Notes: generated by a model from the letters alone, not told the origin. 64,000 bases of DNA from a virus (IMGVR_UViG_2529292906_000009:1-64000); one strand, 5' to 3'. Positions 9,769 to 19,890 are shown, counted from the stretch's first letter. Made by a program: numbers and translations.

Positions 9769-10674
9769 CTATATTTCCAGACATCTGTTATCACTTAACC
9801 CATTACAAGCCCGCTGCCGCAGATATTCCCGTGGCGAGCGATAACCCAGCGCACTATGCGGATGCCATTCGTTATAATGCTCGAACGCCTCTGCAAGGTT
9901 CTTTGCTGCCGTTAACCCGTCTGGTTTGGGCATGATACTGATGTAGTCACGCTTTATCGTTTTCACGAAGCTCTCTGCTATTCCGTTACTCTCCGGACTC
10001 CGCACCGCCGTGTTCTTCGGTTCAAGTCCCAACATCCGGGCGAACTGGCGTGTTTCATTAGCCCGGTAGCATGAACCATTATCCGTCAGCCACTCCACTG
10101 GAGACGACGGAAGATCGTTGCCGAAGCGGCGTTCCACCGCTCCCAGCATGACGTCCTGTACTGTTTCACTGTTGAAGCCGCCGGTAGTCACCGCCCAGTG
10201 CAGTGCCTCACGATCACAGCAGTCCAGCGCGAACGTGACACGCAGTCTCTCTCCGTTATCACAGCAGAACTCGAACCCGTCAGAGCACCATCGCTGATTG
10301 CTTTCTTTCACGGCCACTCTGCCTGTATGTGCCCGTTTCGATGGCGGTACAGCAGGTTTTCGCTCAAGCAACAGCGCATTCTGGCGCATGATCCGGTAAA
10401 CACGTTTGGCATTGATCGCAGGCATACCATCAAGTTCTGCCTGTCTGCGAAGCAGCGCCCATACCCGACGATAACCATACGTGGGCAGCTCTCCGATAAC
10501 ATGGTGTATACGGAGAAGCACATCCGTATCATCAGTGTGACGACTGCGGCGGCTATCCATCCAGTCATCGGTTCGTCTGAGAATGACGTGCAACTGCGCA
10601 CGCGACACCCGGAGACAACGGCTGACTAAGCTTACTCCCCATCCCCGGGCAATAAGGGCGCGTGCGCTATCCAC
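9769..10674 (-). CDS. insD: IS2 transposase OrfB (301 aa)
   Basis: Sequence recognised as IS2 InsD (DDE integrase domain). Confidence 0.9.
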   Translation of the reverse strand: MDSARALIARGWGVSLVSRCLRVSRAQLHVILRRTDDWMDSRRSRHTDDTDVLLRIHHVIGELPTYGYRRVWALLRRQAELDGMPAINAKRVYRIMRQNALLLERKPAVPPSKRAHTGRVAVKESNQRWCSDGFEFCCDNGERLRVTFALDCCDREALHWAVTTGGFNSETVQDVMLGAVERRFGNDLPSSPVEWLTDNGSCYRANETRQFARMLGLEPKNTAVRSPESNGIAESFVKTIKRDYISIMPKPDGLTAAKNLAEAFEHYNEWHPHSALGYRSPREYLRQRACNGLSDNRCLEI

Positions 10675-10997
10675 TTTTTTGCCCGTCCATATTCAACGGC
10701 TTCTTTGAGGAGTTCATTTTCCATCGTTTTCTTGCCGAGCAGGCGCTGGAGTTCTTTAATCTGCTTCATGGCGGCAACAAGTTCAGAGGCAGGAACAACC
10801 TGTTCTCCGGCGGCGACAGCGGTAAGACTTCCTTCCTGGTATTGCTTACGCCAGAGAAATAACTGGCTGGCTGCTACACCATGTTGCCGGGCAACGAGAG
10901 AGACCGTCATCCCCGGTTCAAAGCTCTGCTGAACAATTGCGATCTTTTCCTGTGTGGTACGCCGTCTGCGTTTCTCCGGCCCTAAGACATCAATCAT
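10632..10997 (-). CDS. insC: IS2 OrfA (121 aa, HTH)
   Basis: [18 protein letters not shown]... recognised as IS2 InsC; overlaps insD in the -1 frame as expected for programmed frameshifting. Confidence 0.85.
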   Translation of the reverse strand: MIDVLGPEKRRRRTTQEKIAIVQQSFEPGMTVSLVARQHGVAASQLFLWRKQYQEGSLTAVAAGEQVVPASELVAAMKQIKELQRLLGKKTMENELLKEAVEYGRAKKWIAHAPLLPGDGE

Positions 10998-11095
10998 CTG
11001 TTCTCCAATGACTAGTCTAAAAACTAGTATTAAGACTATCACTTATTTAAGTGATACTGGTTGTCTGGAGATTCAGGGGGCCAGTCTAGCAACTC

Positions 11096-11773
11096 TCATA
11101 CTTCACCCTCGCTTGTATCGCCAGCATCCACCAGCGGCAATAAAGCCCTGGCCATCTTATGAACCAATAGTGCATCAATAATGCCAAGCGTATGCCCCGG
11201 CTTAATGTTTAATGCCGCCTCAAGGTGACACCTTTCCAAGCCACTTTTCTCGGCTTGTTTATGATGATCTGGCGTAATAACGTCGCCCAAAACACGGCTA
11301 ATTCTTTCTCGTAATTGCTGGGTGCCCGCACACTTGATCGCTGTATCGTGGAGACGGTTAACCAGTTCGCGATAAACATGCGGTTTAATGCGGATACGTT
11401 CACCGGTGACGCCCTTTCCTGGCCCTGGCACCGAACTATCCGGAATATCCGGATAGTTGCCAGCCTCGTAAGCTACCCGCAGCCAGTGCATGAATGTTTC
11501 CGCAGACACACAACCGCAGTCCACATCGATTTCCCCGCGTTGCTGCTCCAGCCATTGCTCAAAATCTAACTTGTAAGCATCACTTCCAAGTTGCTCTTTT
11601 TGTCTCAATGTCAGCACCTGTTGGGCTAGTTCCAGAACGATACCGGGTGACGCTAACCTCTCAAATTCCAATAAATAGTTTGCGTCTGGATGACAAGTAG
11701 CTTCCCCTGCAAAAAATACCAGTTGCTGTAAGTATGCTGTCGTTATTGCGGTCATAACTTTATCTCCTTGCAT
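11096..11773 (-). CDS. hypothetical protein (225 aa)
   Basis: ORF whose stop overlaps (ATGA) the native start of the IS2-interrupted downstream gene. Confidence 0.5.
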   Translation of the reverse strand: MQGDKVMTAITTAYLQQLVFFAGEATCHPDANYLLEFERLASPGIVLELAQQVLTLRQKEQLGSDAYKLDFEQWLEQQRGEIDVDCGCVSAETFMHWLRVAYEAGNYPDIPDSSVPGPGKGVTGERIRIKPHVYRELVNRLHDTAIKCAGTQQLRERISRVLGDVITPDHHKQAEKSGLERCHLEAALNIKPGHTLGIIDALLVHKMARALLPLVDAGDTSEGEV

Positions 11774-11982
11774 GGTTCGCCTTTACGGCAAACAGCTACA
11801 CGGTCATTTCTTACATTAACCACAGTCACCGTTCCGTCATCGCATTGAATAACGATGAAAGGGTGTTCATTCTCTTTTGTGCAATGTTGCTGTTCCCCTG
11901 CTGTAACAGTGAGGGGAATTAATAAAATAATAATTACTGCGAATTTACTAAATGTTGTCATAGCAATCTTTCTGTTTTTCAT
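11752..11982 (-). CDS. small secreted protein (signal peptide)
   Basis: N-terminal basic region followed by a hydrophobic stretch ending TVTA-GE; 4 Cys in the mature part. Confidence 0.45.
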   Translation of the reverse strand: MKNRKIAMTTFSKFAVIIILLIPLTVTAGEQQHCTKENEHPFIVIQCDDGTVTVVNVRNDRVAVCRKGEPCKEIKL

Positions 11983-12275
11983 TATGGTTGAATCCAGTTA
12001 TCTTCAATAGCAATGCTCAATCTTTGTAACCATTCTGCTAATTTCAGCATTGCTTCTCTTTCGCTTAAACCACACGGAAAATCATCAAGCGATATTGTTG
12101 GCTTGAAGTTTCCCAAATTATCCATTTCAACGGTCAGATTTTGCTCCAGCACGGTATTCCTTACGCGGCTATTGTGCCGAAGCAAATATACTGAACGTGA
12201 TTTATTGGTTTTGTGGTCGAACGTATATTCGGTAAGTATCATCTGGCTTCCGCCATGATTATTACCGCGCCACAT
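11982..12275 (-). CDS. hypothetical protein
   Basis: ORF in the same-strand operon array; start uncertain. Confidence 0.4.
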   Translation of the reverse strand: MWRGNNHGGSQMILTEYTFDHKTNKSRSVYLLRHNSRVRNTVLEQNLTVEMDNLGNFKPTISLDDFPCGLSEREAMLKLAEWLQRLSIAIEDNWIQP

Positions 12276-12558
12276 AATTACTCCGTGTTAATTTTACTTT
12301 TATCGCGAACACCTTTACCGGTTTATCGCCGAAGTGGGGATGTGTGATTGTCTTGATTTCATATCCGTCATACGGGACGTTAATTCTGCGGCTGGAGTCG
12401 TCGCGCTTCGGATATCCCTTTGTGATAATCAGGCGGTCATACTTACGGTTAACGAGGCGCTTATTCCAATAGTCATTACACAGGCGATACTCTTCCGTTT
12501 TCTCTCTGCGAATCATGGCATCGAAGTATTCACCTTTGACGGCAAGTTGCAGGTTAGC
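12262..12558 (-). CDS. hypothetical protein, possibly ASCH/PUA-like fold (GTG start after AGGAGG)
   Basis: AGGAGG 6 nt upstream of GTG; weak resemblance to small PUA-like phage proteins. Confidence 0.4.
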   Translation of the reverse strand, partial: ANLQLAVKGEYFDAMIRREKTEEYRLCNDYWNKRLVNRKYDRLIITKGYPKRDDSSRRINVPYDGYEIKTITHPHFGDKPVKVFAIKVKLTRSNYVAR

Positions 12559-13192
12559 CACGGTTAACCTCCTGCGGCGGTTCCGGTAGCGGCATCCAGT
12601 GAGTTGCTTGCTCAATACCATTACCCGGCTTAATCGTTGCTTCTCCTCGCCGAAAGGTGCTTCCGGTATAGCGTGCGGAGCATATTAGCGGCTCAACCAG
12701 ATCGCTATCGAAATTCACCGAAATAAGTACGTTCTGATTCTTTTTCGGCATTCGCTCACTACAGCTTATCCAACCATCCGGAGTTACCGGAGAGTTGCCA
12801 TTTACATCGAAGTTTGGCTCTGCGTCCTGAACCAGGAGGATGTAACCATTCTTGGCTGTATCAAGTTCTAACGCCTCGGTGACGGTGCCGAAATAGCGAT
12901 TACCTAAATCAGCATCACAAGTGCTTACATCAATGGAAACTTCCATGCCTTCGATTAATTCTGGCAAGTTGTAAGTTTGGCTTACAGGCTCTGCTTCCAG
13001 CGATGCCAGCACAATTCGTGCCAACTCACGCACAACTTCAGGGGGCGCGTGACGGTCATTCAGGTCATCCCACAGACGTAGCATGTTATCGCTACCAGGG
13101 TGAACATCCTCATTAGTTCCGGCCAGCGCACTAATAACCTCATCGGCTGCTTCAATAATTTTCTGTGCCTGTTCTCTGGTAATAGTGGTCAT
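12554..13192 (-). CDS. phage protein with DUF551-like C-terminal domain
   Basis: C-terminal ...ATHWMPLPEPPQE motif typical of DUF551 proteins of enterobacterial prophages. Confidence 0.5.
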   Translation of the reverse strand: MTTITREQAQKIIEAADEVISALAGTNEDVHPGSDNMLRLWDDLNDRHAPPEVVRELARIVLASLEAEPVSQTYNLPELIEGMEVSIDVSTCDADLGNRYFGTVTEALELDTAKNGYILLVQDAEPNFDVNGNSPVTPDGWISCSERMPKKNQNVLISVNFDSDLVEPLICSARYTGSTFRRGEATIKPGNGIEQATHWMPLPEPPQEVNRG

Positions 13193-13398
13193 TTGTTAAT
13201 CCTCAAAACTTTATGCCCGGGCGCAAAAGCACGTGTTTTGTCTTTACTTATTCGCCACCCGTCTTTACGGGCCTCTTTTGCACAACCAGACCATGACGTA
13301 CCGATATACTCACCGAAGTCTGGCACTGGATATACACCTTCCGTACACTGGCGGCAGTCACAATAGAGATGCATGGTGTAACTTGCAGCGATAGCCAT
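13189..13398 (-). CDS. small Cys-rich hypothetical protein (69 aa)
   Basis: ORF from the internal Met; CxC...C...C pattern. Confidence 0.4.
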   Translation of the reverse strand: MAIAASYTMHLYCDCRQCTEGVYPVPDFGEYIGTSWSGCAKEARKDGWRISKDKTRAFAPGHKVLRINK

Positions 13399-13399
13399 A

Positions 13400-13990
13400 T
13401 CACTCTCCTTTGATGCGAATGCCAGGGGCGCGTGGCACATTAACTTCCACGATGCGCACAGTTGGTTTGTACATCTCAATCGCAGTCAGCCAGTCAGCGC
13501 CAGTCATGCGCTTTTCTGCATCGCCATTAGTCCACTTAACCGGTACACCAATAGCCTTCATCGCGATTTCTATTTCCCCGGCAATGGCGCTTTTTCCGCA
13601 ACCAGTAAAACCAGATACAACGACCAGAACTTCACCTTTGGCTGGTTTTATTTCCCGCGCTTCCAGTTCTGCTATGCGCTTACTTCCATCCGAGATAACA
13701 CCTTCGTAATACTCACGCTGCTCGTTGAGTTTTGATTTTGCTTCCTCAAGCTCAACTCTCAGCTTCCCTACCGTTAGCGCAATATCCTCGTTCTCCTGGT
13801 CGCGGGATTTGATGTATTGCTGGTTCCTTTCCCGTTCATCCAGTAGTGCCAGCACGGTTTCTGGCGAAAAGTGCTTCATAAAATCGTTAAGCGCATTAAT
13901 TCGCTGATCGAAAGGCATTACAGGTGCTTCACCAGCAATTTTTGTTTTTTCAGCGATTTCACGAAGCTTTTGATAATCAATCTTGCTCAC
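13400..13990 (-). CDS. Ead/Ea22-like protein with C-terminal P-loop-like motif
   Basis: N-terminus MSKIDYQKLREIAEK... resembles Ea22/Ead family; C-terminal GFTGCGKS motif. Confidence 0.5.
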   Translation of the reverse strand: MSKIDYQKLREIAEKTKIAGEAPVMPFDQRINALNDFMKHFSPETVLALLDERERNQQYIKSRDQENEDIALTVGKLRVELEEAKSKLNEQREYYEGVISDGSKRIAELEAREIKPAKGEVLVVVSGFTGCGKSAIAGEIEIAMKAIGVPVKWTNGDAEKRMTGADWLTAIEMYKPTVRIVEVNVPRAPGIRIKGE

Positions 13991-14721
13991 TGGTTGCCTC
14001 CTTTGCGAAGCTGGGCAGCAAAGTCAACTAACCACTCAGTCATTTCAACCTTCCCTACCAGGTCTGAACCAGGGTGCATACAGCAATCACTCTGCGCCGC
14101 TTTGAAATCCTTATACTCATATTCTTGGGCCACCAGATTTTTTGCAGCTTCTATAGCAGCATCCACGCCCTGCGCCCGCACTTCAGCCAGGAAAGCATCG
14201 GTGGCTGGCATATTTCCTGTTGCCTTCATGGCCTCCAAAATAACCAGAACGCCATCTCGCCCAACCACCTCAGCGATAACCTCGGTGTTGTCGCCAACAA
14301 CATCGCAGAATGCCTGAACTGCCTTACGAGCCAGCTCATTCTCCACTGCCAGCGCCGTGCGATTACCCTCCAGCTCTGCAATGCGCTGTTTTGCGGCATC
14401 CAGTTCAATCGACAATTTTTCCAACTGCTCTTGATGCTTCTTGTATTCCTGATATGCGTGCCAAGACTGACCTTTGCGCACACTATCAGTGATATCAGTA
14501 ATCTGTTCTGGTGTTAGCGTGATCAGTGGCTGTGATGGGAAAATAAGCACTTTCCCGGAATCCCAATCAAAACCAGCGTGAATTGACTGAACCTCAACTG
14601 AAGGTGTTGAACCAATGCTGCCAGGCGAATGAACAACGATTGTTACATCCATATCGCGACGATGGCTGTGGTTGTTGGACAAAATACGATTCACCAACTC
14701 AGAAAATTTGGAAAATTTCAT
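13987..14721 (-). CDS. Ead/Ea22-like coiled-coil protein
   Basis: Central coiled-coil and C-terminal PATDAFLAEVRAQG motif shared with 15005..15880. Confidence 0.5.
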   Translation of the reverse strand: MKFSKFSELVNRILSNNHSHRRDMDVTIVVHSPGSIGSTPSVEVQSIHAGFDWDSGKVLIFPSQPLITLTPEQITDITDSVRKGQSWHAYQEYKKHQEQLEKLSIELDAAKQRIAELEGNRTALAVENELARKAVQAFCDVVGDNTEVIAEVVGRDGVLVILEAMKATGNMPATDAFLAEVRAQGVDAAIEAAKNLVAQEYEYKDFKAAQSDCCMHPGSDLVGKVEMTEWLVDFAAQLRKGGNQ

Positions 14722-15041
14722 GCTGATTCCCCTTTCTCTGCTCTCTCCTGTCGGAACATCACTATCATCAGGTCGCCTTTTGTCGCTATCCTGGCTGTTG
14801 TACCTGGTTCAATGCGGCTAAGCTCAAATGCGTCATAGAACGCTTCTAATGCCTTCTGGCGTAGTTCCTGTTTGCGCCGTTTTTTCCACTGTTTTAGGAA
14901 AATGGAACCCAGCCATCGCCATGTGCGGGACATGATGTAAAGCCAACCGAGAAGTGCCAGACCGGTATTTAGGAGCGTATCGATCGTTATTGTCGTGTCG
15001 ATATTCACTGGCTGCTTCCTTTGCGAATCTGTTCCGCCCAT
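14718..15041 (-). CDS. small membrane protein
   Basis: One hydrophobic segment followed by a basic stretch. Confidence 0.4.
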   Translation of the reverse strand: MGGTDSQRKQPVNIDTTITIDTLLNTGLALLGWLYIMSRTWRWLGSIFLKQWKKRRKQELRQKALEAFYDAFELSRIEPGTTARIATKGDLMIVMFRQERAEKGESA

Positions 15042-15880
15042 TCTTCAAGGGATTTCTCCGCATATTCACCAGACAGGCCATCAATCGGATGCGCTTCATT
15101 AGCCAACTCTTCTTTCGCTGACAAAATCATGCGTGTAACGTCGAAAACTTCACGCAAAGACTTATTGATAAATCCGTGATTGAACGCAGCAGCAAGACGG
15201 CTGGCGGTATAGTTAATCCCCTCGTTGCGTGCTTCCGCACGAATTTCAGACAGGAAAGCATCGGTGGCTGGGGTTTCGACATTAGGTCGAAGCTCATAAT
15301 CACAAACTCTTTCAATCCATGGTGATACTCTGTCGCATTTCCTCTTCTTGCGTTCACCGACCTTGGTTGCCTGCTGAATAATTACCCCCCAGCAAATGCT
15401 TTCGACCTCTTCGCTCCATCCATCGCAAGCATCGCCTCTATAGTCGTCAATTGCAGCCTCAGCAGCAGCGATAGCCTCCTCAGCAGTTTTGTGACACTCG
15501 AAACTAAATTCAGAGCCATATGAGAAATACATAGCCCCGGCCTTCAGCGCCGCATTCTCCGCTGCCAGCGCCGCGAGATTAGTCTCAAGCTCTGCAATTC
15601 GACACATAGCATCAATATTTGTGTCCTCCAGGCGCTTAATTTCACCAAGCAGCTCCAGTGCAACCTTTGGGTTGAACGCGGCAACATAACGAGCGTTGTT
15701 CTCTGCATTTTTCTGTCCATCAAAGCCGGTCCATTTGATAACGTCTTCACATCGTTCATCACCGGGCGTGTGCACCGCATAAGTACCAGTATCCGTCGAA
15801 ATAAATGCGACCCATTCGTCTGGTGTTGCCTTTTCTGCCGCCTCACGCAGTACCTGATAGTCAATTGTCATTCTCGCCAT
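15005..15880 (-). CDS. Ead/Ea22-like protein
   Basis: MARMTIDYQVLREAAEKAT... N-terminus and PATDAFLSEIRAE motif shared with 13987..14721. Confidence 0.5.
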   Translation of the reverse strand: MARMTIDYQVLREAAEKATPDEWVAFISTDTGTYAVHTPGDERCEDVIKWTGFDGQKNAENNARYVAAFNPKVALELLGEIKRLEDTNIDAMCRIAELETNLAALAAENAALKAGAMYFSYGSEFSFECHKTAEEAIAAAEAAIDDYRGDACDGWSEEVESICWGVIIQQATKVGERKKRKCDRVSPWIERVCDYELRPNVETPATDAFLSEIRAEARNEGINYTASRLAAAFNHGFINKSLREVFDVTRMILSAKEELANEAHPIDGLSGEYAEKSLEEWAEQIRKGSSQ

Positions 15881-16512
15881 CCTTCACAGTTGTAATCACT
15901 ACAGCCTTCAAAATCATATGGGCTGTACTGCCAGGTTATTTTTCCGCAATGCGGACAATTCCAACGCACCTTCCCGCTTCGCGACTTCTTTCTTCTGTTT
16001 TGCTTTTTCAACCAGTCAGGCATGACCAAACCTGCGCCCTGAACCATTGTTCTGCGGTTAAAGTTATTGATATTGAACGTCCGGCGCTTTGCTGCATCAG
16101 CAATGGAAAATGGCAACCAAACTATTCCTGGTTCGTTTTTGTTGGCGACGCTAAAGATGGTCGCTTTACTGAAGTCATCTGTTGGCAATCCACCGTGTTG
16201 AAGCCAGTAAACATCGTTGCCGTTCCAGCTACCTTTTTTGTAGGCCACATACGCAGTGCAATCTGACTCAATCAGGCTTTCTGTAGGGATGTACTGGCAA
16301 TCAACGTGCCACACAGCCATTGCATCCACGCTATCAGCGCAAACAGGCTGATCGATATCTCGTCCACAATTCCAGGCTTTTTGGGCTGCTTCCAGCGTGT
16401 AAACATGAGCGCGATCGATATCAGAACTGTAACCATTGCCGTTATGGCAATGGAATGAGGCGTTATTACCCACAGTTTCACGCAAGCACATCATGTAAAA
16501 GCGGTTATTCAC
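15868..16512 (-). CDS. hypothetical protein with C-terminal Cys4 zinc-ribbon-like motif
   Basis: CPHCG...C...C near the C-terminus. Confidence 0.45.
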   Translation of the reverse strand: MNNRFYMMCLRETVGNNASFHCHNGNGYSSDIDRAHVYTLEAAQKAWNCGRDIDQPVCADSVDAMAVWHVDCQYIPTESLIESDCTAYVAYKKGSWNGNDVYWLQHGGLPTDDFSKATIFSVANKNEPGIVWLPFSIADAAKRRTFNINNFNRRTMVQGAGLVMPDWLKKQNRRKKSRSGKVRWNCPHCGKITWQYSPYDFEGCSDYNCEGWRE

Positions 16513-16720
16513 TGGATGCCTCCCAGCAAATTTGTCTTATATAAGAACTGTTAACGCGCTTTACTTTCCCGTCGAACTCCAGTTTCTTTAGACGACGCAA
16601 AACGTATGCCGTTTTGAGTGTGCGATATTTATCCCTAAGCCAGTTGGTCACGACGTAAGTCATACAGCGCCCGTGTTCTTCCAACACCCGAACTATTTCT
16701 TCGTCGGTTGGCTTGCTCAT
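16505..16720 (-). CDS. small hypothetical protein
   Basis: ORF in operon array. Confidence 0.4.
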   Translation of the reverse strand: MSKPTDEEIVRVLEEHGRCMTYVVTNWLRDKYRTLKTAYVLRRLKKLEFDGKVKRVNSSYIRQICWEASSE

Positions 16721-16938
16721 TTTGTCGCTCCTTCAGCTTTCTCTACTTTCGCTGCCATGATTTCCAGCTTTTGTGCTGCCGATGCCGCTAACCTGTGAAA
16801 TTCTTCATCTGTTTCAACTGGAATTGGTACAAACCTGACACCAATTTGAGCAAGGCTATGCGCCATTTCGAGACTTGCTCTTAACTCTGCTGGGGATGCT
16901 TTATTCAGGCCGACTTCCTCACAAATAACTGATTGCAT
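16717..16938 (-). CDS. small hypothetical protein
   Basis: ORF in operon array. Confidence 0.4.
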   Translation of the reverse strand: MQSVICEEVGLNKASPAELRASLEMAHSLAQIGVRFVPIPVETDEEFHRLAASAAQKLEIMAAKVEKAEGATK

Positions 16939-16947
16939 ACGCTCGCC

Positions 16948-17553
16948 CTACTGAATACGCTCAAACTCGATTACCCAAACCCAGGGATTAGCACTCCAGC
17001 TTTCTTCGCCGTAGATGGATTCCCACAGGCGCTGGAACGCAACCTTGGCCATTGCGAAATCCCCCTTGGGAGTAAGGAATGTTCCCGGGTGATCAGGAAG
17101 CAAACTTCCAGCAGGCGGAACGCCCTCATCCCTTGCATCGCATTCGCTGATATCGTTCAACCGCTCAACGCGCACGTTGGTAATTTCCAGAAGAATGCGC
17201 GATGCCCAGCGCGGCATGTGAATTGATGGCGTCCACTTTTCTGATACTGGTTTATTACAAACCTCGACCGGAACCCGGTGCGTTTGTTCTGTCCAGGAGT
17301 TACGCACGCTTGCGCGATAAACCAGCGTTGCGACGTCCGTCGCTTTGCCATGTACCCGGTAGGTTTCGCGAACCCAAATACGATCGCCCGGTTGACCATA
17401 TGGACAATGCTTGGCAAGCAACTCTGCGGCCACTGCCCGTCCATAGAATTTTTCTTCAACAATCCTGCGAGTCTGTGTTTTATTCCCGCCAAGAATTGCC
17501 CGGACCATCTCATCGTTAAAAATCATGCCGCGCTCTTTCACTTCGCCTTTCAT
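16948..17553 (-). CDS. hypothetical protein (201 aa)
   Basis: ORF in operon array; no confident domain call. Confidence 0.45.
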   Translation of the reverse strand: MKGEVKERGMIFNDEMVRAILGGNKTQTRRIVEEKFYGRAVAAELLAKHCPYGQPGDRIWVRETYRVHGKATDVATLVYRASVRNSWTEQTHRVPVEVCNKPVSEKWTPSIHMPRWASRILLEITNVRVERLNDISECDARDEGVPPAGSLLPDHPGTFLTPKGDFAMAKVAFQRLWESIYGEESWSANPWVWVIEFERIQ

Positions 17554-17731
17554 GCATCCCCCTTACCCATGTGCGACGATGCCGCCAAAAGTGATAGAGA
17601 ACAGCCAGAAATAGATCGCGGCCATAATGATTTTGAATGCCGTGTTCATATTTTCAGCTCCTGTGATTGATTGGATACATGCCGCGCCTTGCGGCATGTT
17701 TTTATTTTCACTTTCTCTGTTTTAAAAATCA

Positions 17732-17748
17732 AGATTTATTAGAGCAAT
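17732..17748 (-). promoter_or_regulatory. C1 operator (16/17)
   Basis: agatttattagagcaat read directly. Confidence 0.6.
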
Positions 17749-18254
17749 TATTGTTGATGGAGAAGCGCGTTTTCATACTCCCTGACCATTAACGTAAGTA
17801 CGCCGTGACTCCTGAAAACACGCGCCACGTCAATCTTATCTTCCAGCGCGAACGCAATTTTACTTAGACCAATTTTCTTCAGGAGATCAATCTTTGCTGG
17901 ACCGTCATTTCTGTCATCGGTGGCAGGACGCATAGATAGCAAAGGCTCAGTCCCATTTGTTACGTGCTTACGCAACCAGGCTCGTGTTTTATCCCTGGCT
18001 ATCTCACAGCGCCCGGTTACAAACCAGAGGGTGTAAATGCCGGACAACTGGCGCACCATATCAATAACTGGAGTGATGGGAGCATCAGTGTCACAGGCAA
18101 GGTTAAACTCGTTCCAGTGCTCTGTTAATGCACCTTTGCCAGGTGGTGGAAGTAAATGCAGCCTGTCTTCCGTTGCCTCTGATATCGTCCCATCAATATC
18201 TACTATGACGATGTACGGACGTTCCTGGTGTGCGTGTTTATTGAAAATACTCAA
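17748..18254 (-). CDS. HAD-superfamily phosphatase-like protein
   Basis: Motif I VIVDIDGTI (DxDGT) near the N-terminus; resembles phage-encoded PNK-type 3'-phosphatase domains. Confidence 0.55.
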   Translation of the reverse strand: MSIFNKHAHQERPYIVIVDIDGTISEATEDRLHLLPPPGKGALTEHWNEFNLACDTDAPITPVIDMVRQLSGIYTLWFVTGRCEIARDKTRAWLRKHVTNGTEPLLSMRPATDDRNDGPAKIDLLKKIGLSKIAFALEDKIDVARVFRSHGVLTLMVREYENALLHQQ

Positions 18255-18326
18255 ATGCCCTCCTCATTGGACGAAAAAAATGCTGGTGGGAGCACTCCAC
18301 CAGCATTAAAAGTGACACTGTAACTA

Positions 18327-19589
18327 TCAGCGAACGTAAATAGTGCCGCCGTTCTCTTTTTCCCATGCATCGCTACGTGCATAGCAAACATCGAGAAGTC
18401 TTCTTGCCGCAGTTTCCTCTAAACCCAATTCGACAACCAACTGCTCATGACGGCGGGTAACCACATCAAACAGGGTATGCAGCCCTTTAGTTGCCAGATC
18501 ATCAATGAATTCCGGTTCGAACGGAAGCTCTGCATCTGCCAACATAACCTCTTGCGCCCACTCAACTCGACGGACCAATTCCGGGCGGCGGCTTTCCATC
18601 TCTTTACAGATCAATTCATGGAAGAACTCTACCCAACCTTCCGGCTGGAACTCGCGGAAAATTGCCAACGGCTGGAAGTTTGGCATCAACCATTCGTTGA
18701 TTCGGATATCAATGGCATAGCCCATGTCGCAGCAGAACTGATAAGCAAAGTCCAGCTTAGACACGATATAAGGACGCTCGTTATTGAACTCTTTAGGCGA
18801 TGAGATCCCATAAGCCAGGAGGCGCGGGAAGAAGGATATTTGCCCTAACGTCGGATGAAGTTTGCTTGCAGGGAAACGGCGCTCAGTAATGCCATACATT
18901 TCCTTCTTGAGCGTCGCAAATTTGGCATTCTCATTAACCAGCGCGGTAACCTCTGCTTTTTTATTAGCAAATGCCACGCGCGCTTCGTTTGCATCTTTAA
19001 TAGTTTTTTTGAGCTGTTGGTTAAGGTCGGCGACCTGCTTACGCAGTTCCTGTCGCTCGCTTTTAGCTTTGTTATAGCGTTTCTCAAGGTTAAAAGGATC
19101 AAGTTTCATGATCTCTTTATATTGAGATTTTAGCGTTGAAATCTGTGAGTTCCGCAGTTCAACCATCGCGGTCATTTCATTGAGTTTTGTTTCCAGCTCA
19201 ATGCTTATACGTTCGGCATTATCAGCACGCTGGTTGGCGTCATGCGTCGCATCGTCGATCGCGTCCTGTTGCTGGCGTTTCAAATGTTCAATTTGCAGCT
19301 GAAGCTCTTCAATTTCTTTATCCTTCAGACCGAGATCCAACTGCATATTTTCAGCTGCATCTACCAGGGAGTTATGGCTATCAGCTTCTGCGTTATAAAC
19401 ATCAATAAGCTGTGCGTGAAGCATCTCCGCTGACTGAACCGCATTATCAAAAAAACGCGCTGTGAGGTCATCACAACTAACGCGGCGTTGCGCGGCCCGG
19501 ATGTTCTGGATAATGGCCGGGATACCGGCATTCAGGACGTCAGGGATAGATACATTTTCGATTGATTGGTTTTGTGCTGAAGTGATCAT
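18327..19589 (-). CDS. hypothetical protein with long N-terminal coiled coil (420 aa)
   Basis: Heptad-rich N-terminal half, globular C-terminal half. Confidence 0.5.
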   Translation of the reverse strand: MITSAQNQSIENVSIPDVLNAGIPAIIQNIRAAQRRVSCDDLTARFFDNAVQSAEMLHAQLIDVYNAEADSHNSLVDAAENMQLDLGLKDKEIEELQLQIEHLKRQQQDAIDDATHDANQRADNAERISIELETKLNEMTAMVELRNSQISTLKSQYKEIMKLDPFNLEKRYNKAKSERQELRKQVADLNQQLKKTIKDANEARVAFANKKAEVTALVNENAKFATLKKEMYGITERRFPASKLHPTLGQISFFPRLLAYGISSPKEFNNERPYIVSKLDFAYQFCCDMGYAIDIRINEWLMPNFQPLAIFREFQPEGWVEFFHELICKEMESRRPELVRRVEWAQEVMLADAELPFEPEFIDDLATKGLHTLFDVVTRRHEQLVVELGLEETAARRLLDVCYARSDAWEKENGGTIYVR

Positions 19590-19590
19590 T

Positions 19591-19809
19591 TCAAAGTTCC
19601 GTATTAGCTTGTGCTTCGGTCATTTTTCCTAAGTATGAAGGAGGAAGGACTACGCAATTTGTATCCAGTCCCTCACCTATGGCAGCCTGTAAAATTCTGG
19701 CTAAGGTGAGTCTCTTGTTGCGATACCTGGTGATGACATGCCTGATACCGCCGGTCGGCGTAACAAAGGCGATCAGCCAGTAGTGATATTTCCGTCGGAA
19801 TGGCCACAT
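19591..19809 (-). CDS. small hypothetical protein (72 aa)
   Basis: ORF directly downstream of the operator pair. Confidence 0.4.
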   Translation of the reverse strand: MWPFRRKYHYWLIAFVTPTGGIRHVITRYRNKRLTLARILQAAIGEGLDTNCVVLPPSYLGKMTEAQANTEL

Positions 19810-19823
19810 AGTGCACCTTGTAT

Positions 19824-19889
19824 ATTGCTCTAATAAAAAACGTGATGAGTGTACATCACGTTTTAAAAATATGGAATTATTAGAGCAAT
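19824..19889. promoter_or_regulatory. pair of C1 operators in inverted orientation (19824-19840 and 19873-19889) flanking palindrome CGTGATGAGTGTACATCACG
   Basis: attgctctaataaaaaa and ggaattattagagcaat read directly; the palindrome sits exactly between them. Confidence 0.55.
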
Positions 19890-19890
19890 A

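Larger units (their letters stand above)
9758..11088 (-). mobile_element. IS2 (IS3 family), 1331 bp, flanked by 5-bp direct repeat GCAAC (9753-9757 and 11089-11093)
   Basis: Ends read TGGATTTGCCCCTATATTTCCAGACA and TAGACTGGCCCCCTGAATCTCCAGACA (reverse complement); insC/insD inside; length equals canonical IS2. Confidence 0.9.

Noticed and set aside
9758-9784. N-terminus MSGNIGANP of tracked ORF 9401..9784 as the native start
   Set aside because: These codons lie inside the IS2 terminal repeat; the native start is the ATG at 11097-11099 on the other side of the insertion.
17667-17692. Hairpin catgccgc-gcctt-gcggcatg with T-run as terminator of the leftward operon
   Set aside because: The T-run follows the hairpin only on the + strand, where no gene is transcribed; on the leftward transcript there is no U-tract.
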